A DNA stretch of 64,000 nt from Candidatus Babeliales bacterium (GTDB lineage: Bacteria; Babelota; Babeliae; Babelales; JBFXEV01), in NCBI GenBank assembly GCA_050179755.1, contig JBFXEV010000001.1, positions 745,994 to 809,993 of the forward strand, written 5' to 3'. Shown piece by piece: positions 1-9,987 of the stretch (position 1 is the first letter of the stretch; every line of letters starts with the position of its first letter). The notes under the pieces are model-generated. The model saw only the letters and a list, made by a program, of their open reading frames with translations. It did not search any database and was not told where the DNA came from. The position numbers were made by a program, and so were the translations under genes.

Positions 1-1657
1 TTATTATGAAGGTAATGCGCAAACAGAAAATCTTTCACCAGAAGAGCGTTATTTTCTAGATCAAACCATGCGCGAGTATAAAAAGAGTGGTCTTGATTTA
101 TCGTCTGCAGAGCGTGAGCATATAGCGCGGCTGGAAAAAGAACTTGCTGAACTTTCAGTTACGTTTGCTGCAAATATTAATAGCGATCAAAGTTTTATCG
201 TTGCAACTGGTGAAGAACTTGTAGGTGTTGATGCGCAAGTTATTGAGGGCTTACAACAAACTGATGAAGGCAACTATAAAGTAGGCGTAGATTATCCTAC
301 TTATTTTGCAGTGATTGAATATTGCACCGTAGAGAGTACGAGAAAGCGTTTATATAAAGCGTTTCAAAATCGTGCGTATCCAAAGAATAAAGAGATACTC
401 AATGCTATCATAAAGAAGCGTGATCAACTTGCAAAGCTTTTGGGGTTTGCAAGTTATGCGCATTTAAACATTGATAATCAAATGGCACAATCACCTGAAA
501 CTGCCGAAAGTTTTGTTACAGAATTGCTTGGCAAAGCGGGTAAAAAAGCGGAGCAGGAATTTGCAAAGCTAACGAGTGATTTGGCCCCGGGAGTGGCATT
601 GAGCCCACAAGGCAAGATGTATCCGTGGAACAATGCCTATACTTCTGCTTATTATAAACAAAAGCATTTTAAATTTGATGAACGAGAGATTAGTGAATAT
701 TTCCCTATGCAGCAAACTATTGAGCGGCTTTTGGAAATCTATGAAACGTTCTTTGGTCTTTCTATGCATCAAGAAATCATTGATTCTCTTTGGGTAGAAG
801 GGTTAACGCTTATTACCGTGAAAACAAAAAAAGATAATCAGCTTTTGGGTTATCTCATTCTTGATTTGTATCCACGTGCCAATAAATATTCACACGCGTG
901 TGAAATTGGCGTGGTGCCTGCATTGCTTACGCGTGATGGTTCACGAGTTCCTGCAGTGTGCGTGGTACTTACCAATTTCCCCAAAGCAACTGAATCGCAA
1001 CCATCATTACTCCAATTTGATGATGTAAAAACGTTTTTTCATGAATTTGGTCACGCGATACATGAAATTCTGGGAGCAACCTATCTTGCATCACAAGCAG
1101 GCACTAGTGTAAAGATTGATTTTGTGGAATTGCCATCGCAAATGTTAGAAGAATGGCTCTATGATTCTGCAATTTTAGAGCAAGTCAGTGGTCATTATAA
1201 AACTGGGTTATCGTTACCAGAAAAGCACCGTCAAACAATTATTGCATTAAAGAATTTTGATTCGGGCAAATTTGTGCAAGTTCAAAGTAGTTATGCTTTG
1301 CTTTCATTATATGCATATGCACAAGGCGAATCAAAAGATCTTGATGCATTGCGCAAAGAAATCCATGCACAAACCATACCATCAAGCGAGTTTGACCCAG
1401 ACAGTCATTTTTATGCTTCTTTTGGTCATTTAGATAATTATGGTGCACGATATTATGGGTATTTATGGTCAAAAGTATTTGCGCTTGATTTGTTTGACCA
1501 TATTAAAAAAAATGGATTACTCAATCCAGAAATGGGCGCGCACTATAAAGAAAAAGTGCTGGGCAAAGGTGGTAGTAACGATCCGCGTGAATTGCTGAAA
1601 GACTTTTTGGGGCGAGAACCAAATCAAGATGCGTTTTTAAAAGATTTGGGATTATAA
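1..1657 (+). CDS. M3 family Zn-oligopeptidase (thimet oligopeptidase/OpdA-like), 5' end outside window
   Basis: FFHEFGHAIH zinc motif, DFVELPSQMLEEW, LDLYPRANKY and YYGYLWS motifs. The frame stays open upstream of 68 to the window edge. Confidence 0.93.
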   Translation, partial: YYEGNAQTENLSPEERYFLDQTMREYKKSGLDLSSAEREHIARLEKELAELSVTFAANINSDQSFIVATGEELVGVDAQVIEGLQQTDEGNYKVGVDYPTYFAVIEYCTVESTRKRLYKAFQNRAYPKNKEILNAIIKKRDQLAKLLGFASYAHLNIDNQMAQSPETAESFVTELLGKAGKKAEQEFAKLTSDLAPGVALSPQGKMYPWNNAYTSAYYKQKHFKFDEREISEYFPMQQTIERLLEIYETFFGLSMHQEIIDSLWVEGLTLITVKTKKDNQLLGYLILDLYPRANKYSHACEIGVVPALLTRDGSRVPAVCVVLTNFPKATESQPSLLQFDDVKTFFHEFGHAIHEILGATYLASQAGTSVKIDFVELPSQMLEEWLYDSAILEQVSGHYKTGLSLPEKHRQTIIALKNFDSGKFVQVQSSYALLSLYAYAQGESKDLDALRKEIHAQTIPSSEFDPDSHFYASFGHLDNYGARYYGYLWSKVFALDLFDHIKKNGLLNPEMGAHYKEKVLGKGGSNDPRELLKDFLGREPNQDAFLKDLGL

Positions 1658-1658
1658 A

Positions 1659-1701
1659 AAGAAAGAGCGTGCATTAAAATTAATAATGCACGCTCTTTCT
1701 T
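1659..1701. terminator. Bidirectional rho-independent terminator
   Basis: Perfect 18-bp inverted repeat aagaaagagcgtgcatta/taatgcacgctctttctt between convergent genes. Confidence 0.85.
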
Positions 1702-1724
1702 GTAATTTGAATTAACGCGTTACG

Positions 1725-3950
1725 TTATGCAAAAATACCTTCTTGTTCAAGAAGAGCTTTAAGCACTTTGTTTTCTGGGTCACTAAACGGCCCATTTTCT
1801 AATTTATACGGGCGAATAATGGTGCCATTATCCATAACGTGTGCGGTAACGCTCAAGTTTTTAAAATTACTTGTTGTTTCAAGCTCATGCATGTTGCCAA
1901 AGTGCGTTGCAATCACCAAGATGGTGTTCTCATTTCTGCCAAGTTCGTCGGCAAATTTATATGCATATTCAGAACCACCTTCAGCATTAGTTCCACTAAA
2001 TACTTCATCCATAATGGTAAAACAAAATTCATCTGAGCGAAGCGTTTTTATTTGTTCAACAAGTTCTTTTGCACGCAATATTTCTGCATGAAAGAGTGAC
2101 GTGCCGCTTGCAATGTCATCGGTAATATTAAGGTAACAATTGATCGCAGCAAACGGTGTGAACGTAAAGCTATCTGCTGCTGCAATACCAAACGTTTGCG
2201 CAAGCAACAAGTTGATAGCAACCGCTTTGATCACCGTTGATTTACCGCCAGTGTTTGGACCAGTTAAAATCACGTTGTGTTGCTCTGCATAATTATTGAG
2301 CACAATATCATTAGTTACTACTTTGTTGGCATCAATAAACGGGTTCCAGAAGCCATCAGCGGCAATATACGGTTTGTCTGAATGATCAAACTGTACAAAG
2401 CAATAGCGAGCTTTGGTTGATTGATGCTCAGCATAAAGTTTTGCAATACCATAATATGCTTCTAATTCACCTGCCGCAGCAAAGAATGGCGCAAATTCAT
2501 TTTTTACTTCTTTCATGAGCTTATGAGCTGCAAGCACACGCCCGGTGATGGTAAAGAATGATGGTTCGCCTCTAAAGGTTGATGAATTAAGCATTGCCAT
2601 GAGCTCTTTTGCTTTATCAGAAATTTGCGCAGAGCCATCAAAGTAAGAGGCTAACACATCAAAAGCTTTAATATTTTGAGCACCTTCTACATTCTTTAAT
2701 AAGCCATGTGCCTTTTTTATAGTATCAATATAAGCCGTTAAGCTAATAAGGGTTTTATGTAAATAATTAGTGGTCGTAGTATTGAGTTGTGCTTCGTTAA
2801 TCGCCTTTTTAATTTGCCAAAGAGTTAAGGCTGTAATAAATACTTTTCCAGCGCCGATGACTATTTTTAAGGGCTTAGTTTTCGCTTGCACGTTTATAGT
2901 AGAAAGTTCAGCCTGATTTTTTAATAATTTATTCAGTTCATCTTGAGCATCTGCAGTAAAATCTTCACCATCAATTGCTTGCAGTTCACGATAATAATCA
3001 ATTTTTCGTTGCGTGAAATCTTTGTTCCATTGTACTGCATTCTCGAATCGAGTATCAATTCCTATGCAAATATCACCAAAAGATTCGCCCTCGTTACCAT
3101 CTTTTATTAAAGCAGTCACCTCTGCAGATGATTTATCTTTAAACGCCAGAGGAAATGGATAGAATGATTTACCATAGCGAGCCAGAGCATTGGCTATATC
3201 GGCAGGGCGTGTTTGTTTGCCTTTTTGAATGATGGTTGTGCCAATTTCGGGTAAAAAGGGTAGAGACATCATAAAAAAAGTACCTGCGTTTCTCAAACGC
3301 GTTTTACATTCAAGAGCAACAGTGCTTTTATTCAAGAAACCAAAGTAGTCACCAAAATATAAGCGATCAAACATTTTTTGTGTTGCTTCATTTTCTTGAC
3401 GCCAAAAAGAGAGAGCGTCAGTTTCAAGTGTTCTAAGTGAGCCAAAAAGAGTATCAAGCTCATCCGTATCAAGTGTAAGTATTCCTTTAACGAATGCTTG
3501 GCGTTCTTCAATAGTTTCTTGCGATCGTGTTGGGCTTATGAGCATGTTTGCAAGAGCCAATTTACCAAAAAGAGATTGCGTTCTATCAATATGGCTTAAC
3601 AGATGTTGGCCTGCACTGCTGCCACCACACAATAATTCCATTTTCTTAATGAATTTGGTATCAATAACGGTCGGTTCAGATTGACTACCAAGGTTTTTAA
3701 ATAGACTTAGGGCTATTGCATGTTGGTCATATTCATTGAGCACTGATGGTGAGAACGTGCCTTTTTTGGTCTTATCTTCAAGATCGGTAACATCGGTAAC
3801 TTTGTGAGCCTCTTGCGACGGGGTAATTGTTTTTAAAAATTCTTGTTCTACCAGAGACCATGCCGTTTGGGCAAAGCTTGCATTCCCTGAAAATAGTAAT
3901 GTGGTAAAGAGTAAATACTTGTTAAAGCGGTTACGTGATATGATCATCAT
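1725..3950 (-). CDS. MutS-related ATPase (domain V plus partial core) with N-terminal signal peptide
   Basis: Walker A LTGPNTGGKST, SLFHAE, Walker B IMDEVFSGT, IATHF. No mismatch-binding domain I. Hydrophobic N-terminus ending NASFA-Q. Confidence 0.85.
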   Translation of the reverse strand: MMIISRNRFNKYLLFTTLLFSGNASFAQTAWSLVEQEFLKTITPSQEAHKVTDVTDLEDKTKKGTFSPSVLNEYDQHAIALSLFKNLGSQSEPTVIDTKFIKKMELLCGGSSAGQHLLSHIDRTQSLFGKLALANMLISPTRSQETIEERQAFVKGILTLDTDELDTLFGSLRTLETDALSFWRQENEATQKMFDRLYFGDYFGFLNKSTVALECKTRLRNAGTFFMMSLPFLPEIGTTIIQKGKQTRPADIANALARYGKSFYPFPLAFKDKSSAEVTALIKDGNEGESFGDICIGIDTRFENAVQWNKDFTQRKIDYYRELQAIDGEDFTADAQDELNKLLKNQAELSTINVQAKTKPLKIVIGAGKVFITALTLWQIKKAINEAQLNTTTTNYLHKTLISLTAYIDTIKKAHGLLKNVEGAQNIKAFDVLASYFDGSAQISDKAKELMAMLNSSTFRGEPSFFTITGRVLAAHKLMKEVKNEFAPFFAAAGELEAYYGIAKLYAEHQSTKARYCFVQFDHSDKPYIAADGFWNPFIDANKVVTNDIVLNNYAEQHNVILTGPNTGGKSTVIKAVAINLLLAQTFGIAAADSFTFTPFAAINCYLNITDDIASGTSLFHAEILRAKELVEQIKTLRSDEFCFTIMDEVFSGTNAEGGSEYAYKFADELGRNENTILVIATHFGNMHELETTSNFKNLSVTAHVMDNGTIIRPYKLENGPFSDPENKVLKALLEQEGIFA

Positions 3951-4174
3951 AAGCCCTTTCTGTGTTTGGAAAAGATATATTGTATTTTTTTCAATTTGTA
4001 TTTATATAAATAAGAAGCGCCTAAGTAACTGTTTTTAATATTATTAGGTATTCTTTATATGTTACCTAAAGTGCATGGAAAAGCAACTAAAATATGCTGT
4101 GGTGGCTGTGTTACGTGATAAGAGTTATTCAGGGGGGATAGTGTATAAGCCAAAGTAAGAGAAAGATAACTTTT

Positions 4175-4465
4175 TTATCGGTAAATATACCAGGTTCCCG
4201 CAAATTCATTTGCAAGATCCACCGTAATTTTGCCAATTATTTCCTGGGCGTTCCACGGCGTTAAGCGGGCCATGTGTGCTCTGGAAAAGCGCTTAGTAGC
4301 GCCATCTGTATATTGTAACATTCCGTGGGCTATATCGTAGATAGCAGTTCCAGATGCCGATCCAATTGGTTCTACGGTATAATGAACTGACGCTGTTGAA
4401 ATATGGTGTGCTTGGCTTATACTACAAGTGAGTATAAGAAGAATGGCTATAATTTTGGAATTCAT
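4175..4465 (-). CDS. Small exported hypothetical protein
   Basis: Signal-peptide-like N-terminus ending SISQA and upstream GGGAGAAG SD-like sequence; start codon as given in the ORF track. Confidence 0.6.
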   Translation of the reverse strand: MNSKIIAILLILTCSISQAHHISTASVHYTVEPIGSASGTAIYDIAHGMLQYTDGATKRFSRAHMARLTPWNAQEIIGKITVDLANEFAGTWYIYR

Positions 4466-4576
4466 TACTTCTCCCTTTTTCCGATCGCTTTGCTGAGCTT
4501 TAGTATTTTTTCTCAGAGAGGCCGGTCGGTTTTTTTTATGCTATTTCTACTTTAATAATACAATTTGCATTCTCTA

Positions 4577-4596
4577 AATTGCAATATATTGCAATT
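4577..4596. promoter_or_regulatory. Perfect 20-bp palindrome, possible operator between divergent genes
   Basis: aattgcaatatattgcaatt. Confidence 0.35.
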
Positions 4597-4668
4597 AAAT
4601 TTCATTGTAAAATTGAATTTTCATTGATTGGCATAGTATTATTATGGGATCTGGGGTATTCTTATAAG

Positions 4669-5271
4669 ATGGAAATAATGCAACAACACACGGGCATAGT
4701 GCTCAAGCGCTATATGCCTAAAAAGCAAAAAATATCCCTGCTTGATGCTCATTTGGGCAGAATAGAAGCAGTTATTCGTGATGAACGGCTTATAGAAATG
4801 GTATGGCCAGGGATGGAACTTGCCTATATCCCAACTGAAGGTGCTGGGGTTCATTTTCTGGACAACGCAAGTTTGCAAGCAGCGCCATTTGTGAGCGCTC
4901 AGCAGGATATAGGTTTTTTGCATCATATATTAGAATTGTCATATTATTTTTTAGAGCTTCACGATGTTACTCCTGAGATATTTCCGTTAGTTCAATTTAT
5001 TTGTGTGACTGACGTGGAGCTTTCTCGTGAACAGAAAATGATGGTTATTGGTAAATTTTTGTGGCAACTTAGGCAAGAAATAGAAATGTTGCAAGATAAG
5101 ATTGCTTTGCAGCGTTTGCTTGCATTGCCACTTGAGAGTATGTTAAAAGAGACTGTTGACTCGCGTGAGATTGCACACCTATTTTGTTGGATACGGCATG
5201 CGATTTTATGCCATCCACAACGAGCATATTTTAAGACGAGCGGCTTTATGTTGAATATAGGGGCCTTATGA
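4669..5271 (+). CDS. recO: Divergent RecO-like DNA repair protein
   Basis: N-terminal HTGIVLKRYMPKKQKISLLDAHLGRIEAV resembles the RecO OB fold. About 200 aa; start probably ATG 4669 or 4678. Confidence 0.55.
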   Translation: MEIMQQHTGIVLKRYMPKKQKISLLDAHLGRIEAVIRDERLIEMVWPGMELAYIPTEGAGVHFLDNASLQAAPFVSAQQDIGFLHHILELSYYFLELHDVTPEIFPLVQFICVTDVELSREQKMMVIGKFLWQLRQEIEMLQDKIALQRLLALPLESMLKETVDSREIAHLFCWIRHAILCHPQRAYFKTSGFMLNIGAL

Positions 5272-8200
5272 AGTTATTAAGAAATGTAAAAATAGTTTGT
5301 ATGGTAGTTATAGCTGCTACCACTGTGCCATTGTATGGCGGTTTTTTTAAAGCTATATTTCAAGATGAGCAAACCCCTCAAAAAGTGTTTGCTTCAGAAA
5401 ATCAGATTCAAAAAGAAGTGCTGCATCATGTTACTGCTGATGTAAAGCAATATGAGCAAGAAAGCGAGCAATTTGCGCGCGCATTGCAGCAGCAACTAGA
5501 TGAAAATGAAACGCAGATTGCGCGCACACAGCAAGAACTAGAATCAGCTACGCAAACGGCAACGCGTGAATTTCTTACGCAAAAAAGCGCACTTCTTAAA
5601 GAAGTGCATCAACTGTTATTAAGCCGCCGCATTACGCGTAAAGAGATTCTTATTATTTTAGAATCTCACGTTAAGCTGCTTGAAGGGTATTTAAAAGATC
5701 CTCAATTTATAAGTCTTAAACTAGAGCCTAAATCTTATTATACGGTTGAGCAGCTTGAAAAAGCAAGCAAAGTTTTTTTTGAGCAAGAAGTGCGCATTAA
5801 AAGGCTTTCCGATCAAAAAGAAGATATGGCGCTTGAGCTTGAAACGCGTAGACGTGATCTTTTAGCATCACAAAAAGAATATGATGCAAAGCGTAAGATT
5901 CAAGAAGAATTTCAAGATAAAACTACCGTGCCTCTTGATCAAGATGTTGATAAAGGTTTTACGGTAAAGCAGCGTGGCCAACTCATTGATTTAGAAGTGG
6001 TTCTTGTTTTAGCGCGGCTTGAATTATTGCGCATGAAAGAAAAGCAAGCAAAAGAAAATAATAGCTTGCTTGCCACACAAATATTTTATGAAAAGCAAAA
6101 ACTGCGCATTCTTAAAGATAATTTTTCGCTTGTTAAATCTAAACTACGTGTTGATCCTGCAGATATTGATGCAGAAGAGCAAGCGCTTGATAAAGTAAAA
6201 CAAGAAGCTGGCGCAAAACGAGAAGCATATTTTAGAAAAGTTACCGAACTTACCTCACTGCGAGAACAAGTAAAACAACTTCTTGAAAAAGAACCAGGAG
6301 TAGCACTTGATGTGGCAAGTCAAGTTGACTGGCAATTAAATCCGGATTCTGCCCAAGCATATCAGCACGAGGCATATATTAACTATTTGCATGAGCAGCT
6401 CCTCTTTTATGATCGTAAAATAGAACTGTTAAATGCACAATTAGATTTGGAAAATACACGCATACTCTATCAAAAATTAGTGGTTGACACTAAACGCTCT
6501 TGGTACGATATAACACACAGCTTGTTACGGGATACAGAAACTATTACTGCAGAAATCAAGCGATATAAAGATCTTGTGGCTCAGCAAGAGCGTGTTGCAA
6601 GTTCGCTTATTGAAAAGCGTAAATCTGCCACCGAATTATTGAGCGTGCAAACACGTTCGCTTGATACTATTAAGGAAGAACTTAAAAAAATAGCAGGGCA
6701 AAAAGATACGTTGTTTGCGGGTAATCATAACTTGTTTACACAAGTTCATTCGTATATGGTCAATGCCTATGGCGTGTTAGAGCAAGAGGTGCTTGCCAAC
6801 AGAATGCGCATTGAAACATATTCTGCCATGATTGCGCTGTCTGAACGTATGGTCAAAGATATCAAAACATTGCTTGAAGAATTAGAAGTCAAAAGTATTT
6901 GGCAACGCTCTGAATATGCCATTACGCGCGAAGGTATTGCCAATTTGCTGCCTGACGTTAAAGCATTCTTTGCCCGCACGTGGGTGACTGGGGTACAGTA
7001 CTTTCAAGATATGAGTTTTGCAAAAATAATTCAGTGGATCAAGGTGCGTGCAACGCATGCGGGCACACTACTCTTTTTTGTTGTGTTTTTACTTGGTTTA
7101 CTGCTTGGCATTATATTTCTTAAACGGCGGTTATTGCCGTCTATGCAAGAATTTTTACTTGCAAGCAAACCAGAACATCATATAACGTTTGTGGTAAATC
7201 GTATTGTTGCAGCACTTATGGGGTTCTTGTCAAATCATGTGGTGGGCATGAGCATATGGTTTATACTGCTTCTTTTAATTCAAACAAATATGATCACGCA
7301 AACGTTTCCTCGTGTCTTCTTCTATTTGATGTCTATTCCGTATTGGATCTATTTTGCCCATAAAATGATCAAATCGGTGCGCGAGCTTAATCAATCAAAA
7401 GATAATGTAATTTTTGTGCCTCTTTTTGAGCGACGTTTTGCAATCACGTTTTCTATACTTGCATATCTTGCCATCACGCTATTGTTTTTCAGGCAAGCAT
7501 TTATTACCGAAAGTGTTCGTCCCTCACAAACGCCGCGTATCTTGCTTGCGATGTATTCGGTGGTTGCTCGCGTGCTGATTCCTATTTTATTGTTCCAGGC
7601 GTTTTCTATTGGTCGGCAAGAAGTAGTAGGTTTGCTACCTAAACGTGGTTTATTTTGGCAATTTGTTGCCGATAAATTGAATCGTTTTTATTATCTGTTG
7701 CTTGGCATCATTATAGTGCTCATGATCTTGAGTGATCCGTATGTTGGTGGCTATGGCAATTTGGTCTCGTACGTGCTCCAGGGTATTGCAGGCACTTTGT
7801 TGTTATTATGGGGGCTTTCTGTGCTACAAGGATGGAGCAAACAGGTTTCTTCTCATCTATTTTTTATTACCCAAGAAGATTCGTATAAAGAACGATTCCC
7901 TGCAGCAAAAACATGGTATGGCTTATTTACGATTTTACTCTTTATTTTCCTTGGCGTAATTGGCTTAGTGATCGGCCTTAAAATGTGGGACGTGGCAATA
8001 AGTTATAAAGATGTGTATAACTTATTTGAATATGAGATATTCCAAATTGTAGAAGATGGTCAAAAGTTTTCGTTTACATTTGAACGTTTTGCCATCCTTG
8101 CAGGCATTATTATTGGTGGGTTTGTACTTGCTTCTGCTGTTAATCGTTTTGTGCTGCGTCGTGTTTTCTCGCTTATTCCTGTTGATCTTGGTATTCAAAA

Positions 8201-8867
8201 TACCGTAATGAGTATTACACGCTATGTAATTATTTTAGTGGTGTTTTTGGTAGCCTTTATGTGGGCCAAACTAGGGTTCATGTTAATACCAATCGGTATC
8301 GCCATCGGTTTGATTGCCAACGTATTTAAAGAACCGCTTGCTGATTTCTTTTCCTATTTTATCATATTGGTGCAACGGCCAATCCAAATTGGTGATTACA
8401 TTGAAATAAATGAAGAACTTTCAGGTGTGGTTCGCCGTATAACGCCGCGCTCTACCATATTGCGCCGCAAAAATAGTTTTACGGTGTTAGTGCCCAATTC
8501 TATGATTGTGCGTGATCCGGTTAATAACTGGAACTATGCACGCAATTTTGTGGCGTTTGATGATATTATTTTGACTATTCCTTATTCAGCCGATCCAGAG
8601 AACGTAAGAGAAATTATTGCTGAAGTGCTTGATAAAAGTCTGGCGGTGCTTAAAAGCCCAGCACCGGTGATTCGCTTAGAAGAATTTGGTGAATATGGAT
8701 TTAAGTTTATGATTCGCGGATTTGTCACTGACAATAATATTTTAAATAAATGGGATATTGCCAGTGACGTACGTTTTTCTATTGTGTCTGCATTGCGTAA
8801 AAATGGCATTAAGATTGCAGTGCCTGTGTATATGGCAATAGATGAGCAAGCAGCCAAAGAAAAATAA
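5268..8867 (+). CDS. Large MscS-family mechanosensitive channel (MscK/KefA-like)
   Basis: Signal peptide, long coiled-coil region, many TM helices, C-terminal MscS core (RPIQIGDYIEI, GVVRRITPRST, VPNS, NWN, IPY). Confidence 0.9.
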   Translation: MKLLRNVKIVCMVVIAATTVPLYGGFFKAIFQDEQTPQKVFASENQIQKEVLHHVTADVKQYEQESEQFARALQQQLDENETQIARTQQELESATQTATREFLTQKSALLKEVHQLLLSRRITRKEILIILESHVKLLEGYLKDPQFISLKLEPKSYYTVEQLEKASKVFFEQEVRIKRLSDQKEDMALELETRRRDLLASQKEYDAKRKIQEEFQDKTTVPLDQDVDKGFTVKQRGQLIDLEVVLVLARLELLRMKEKQAKENNSLLATQIFYEKQKLRILKDNFSLVKSKLRVDPADIDAEEQALDKVKQEAGAKREAYFRKVTELTSLREQVKQLLEKEPGVALDVASQVDWQLNPDSAQAYQHEAYINYLHEQLLFYDRKIELLNAQLDLENTRILYQKLVVDTKRSWYDITHSLLRDTETITAEIKRYKDLVAQQERVASSLIEKRKSATELLSVQTRSLDTIKEELKKIAGQKDTLFAGNHNLFTQVHSYMVNAYGVLEQEVLANRMRIETYSAMIALSERMVKDIKTLLEELEVKSIWQRSEYAITREGIANLLPDVKAFFARTWVTGVQYFQDMSFAKIIQWIKVRATHAGTLLFFVVFLLGLLLGIIFLKRRLLPSMQEFLLASKPEHHITFVVNRIVAALMGFLSNHVVGMSIWFILLLLIQTNMITQTFPRVFFYLMSIPYWIYFAHKMIKSVRELNQSKDNVIFVPLFERRFAITFSILAYLAITLLFFRQAFITESVRPSQTPRILLAMYSVVARVLIPILLFQAFSIGRQEVVGLLPKRGLFWQFVADKLNRFYYLLLGIIIVLMILSDPYVGGYGNLVSYVLQGIAGTLLLLWGLSVLQGWSKQVSSHLFFITQEDSYKERFPAAKTWYGLFTILLFIFLGVIGLVIGLKMWDVAISYKDVYNLFEYEIFQIVEDGQKFSFTFERFAILAGIIIGGFVLASAVNRFVLRRVFSLIPVDLGIQNTVMSITRYVIILVVFLVAFMWAKLGFMLIPIGIAIGLIANVFKEPLADFFSYFIILVQRPIQIGDYIEINEELSGVVRRITPRSTILRRKNSFTVLVPNSMIVRDPVNNWNYARNFVAFDDIILTIPYSADPENVREIIAEVLDKSLAVLKSPAPVIRLEEFGEYGFKFMIRGFVTDNNILNKWDIASDVRFSIVSALRKNGIKIAVPVYMAIDEQAAKEK

Positions 8868-8874
8868 ATTGTAA

Positions 8875-9093
8875 TTATTTACCTTTGCCTTTACGAAGAC
8901 TTTGAATTTTTTTCCATGCCAGTTGCACCACGTGCGTATTTATTAAGCCATATGCTATTAAAAATACTGCAAAAAAGAATATTACTCCTTTGAGTAAGCT
9001 TATAAAAAAGCCCATTGAAAAGAGAAGTAATACTACTCCAATGCCAAGAGATAAGTAGCCTCTTTGCGAATCATTAAGATTAAAACCAAACAT
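8875..9093 (-). CDS. Small membrane protein (2 TM helices)
   Basis: Two hydrophobic helices, basic C-terminus, upstream AGGAG SD. Confidence 0.7.
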   Translation of the reverse strand: MFGFNLNDSQRGYLSLGIGVVLLLFSMGFFISLLKGVIFFFAVFLIAYGLINTHVVQLAWKKIQSLRKGKGK

Positions 9094-9294
9094 AGACCGC
9101 TCCTTTTTTAGAAAAAAAACTTATACAAATTTACCTTAGCATTAAACGTATAGCACATGCAATATTCTGCATAAAGTTATTCCTCAAAAGAAGGAATAAA
9201 CATCCCCCGTACTAGGTGGTGCAAAAGGTGGCTAAAGGTTGCAAATGGTTGCTTTTGTGGGTTATACATAATATAGGTACTATTTACTAGATTA

Positions 9295-9444
9295 ATGGAG
9301 GTTAGCAGTTAAGTTTCGGACAAAATAGTTACGGAAGCAAAATCAGTTTCTAAGGCGTTAAATCGGTCGGTTGCTGGGCAGATTGAGCATTGGGCCAAGA
9401 TAGGTAATAAAAATGAGCCAGTTAGGTTGCCAATTTCATGCTAA
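9295..9444 (+). pseudogene. Remnant of ParD-like (ribbon-helix-helix) antitoxin gene
   Basis: 9316-9444 translates SDKIVTEAKSVSKALNRSVAGQIEHWAKIG..., matching the RSxxxQIEHWAKIG signature. The 5' end is broken by stop TAA 9310-9312 or a frameshift; no toxin gene is adjacent. Confidence 0.7.
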
Positions 9445-9987
9445 AAAACCAGAAATAACCCAACTATTTGAGAAATCCAAGTGCATATCTTGCATTGGTT
9501 GATGATGGGTTAAAAATTGGACTTTTTGTATCTTGATGCCATTCTCTCGAAGCGTTTTTAAGATAGATTCTATCATCATGAGCTTTATATACACGCTTGC
9601 TTGTTTGCTCATAGGAGAACGATCAAGAGAAATAAAAGCAGTCATGCCATCGCTTGAAAGAGTAACTGATTGTAAGGTAACTTTCTTATCAACCAATTTT
9701 TCTTCTTCAAATAATACAAGTAATGCGCTCACGAGCTGGCTTATATTATCACTTACGCTGTGCGAGGATAATAGTTCAGTTTTTTCATGATGCCAGCGAT
9801 TTTGGCGCCAATACCATAAGCTTACTTGTTGTTTGGTGATGTGTGATTCATTAATAATGTGCGTATGCACTTGGGGTAATCTGATGATGAGCCATTCTTT
9901 CATATACGCAAATAAGAGTATCGCGCTCAGCAAACACATAACGCAAAGAAAAAGTGTTTTTTTATACGTCATGCAGGCAAGCTCCAT
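9436..9987 (-). CDS. Membrane-anchored GerMN-like domain protein
   Basis: N-terminal TM helix. C-terminal pattern LQSVTL..AFISL..IESILKTL..IQKVQFL..HLDFS. Translationally adjacent to an amidase gene. Confidence 0.6.
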   Translation of the reverse strand: MELACMTYKKTLFLCVMCLLSAILLFAYMKEWLIIRLPQVHTHIINESHITKQQVSLWYWRQNRWHHEKTELLSSHSVSDNISQLVSALLVLFEEEKLVDKKVTLQSVTLSSDGMTAFISLDRSPMSKQASVYIKLMMIESILKTLRENGIKIQKVQFLTHHQPMQDMHLDFSNSWVISGFLA

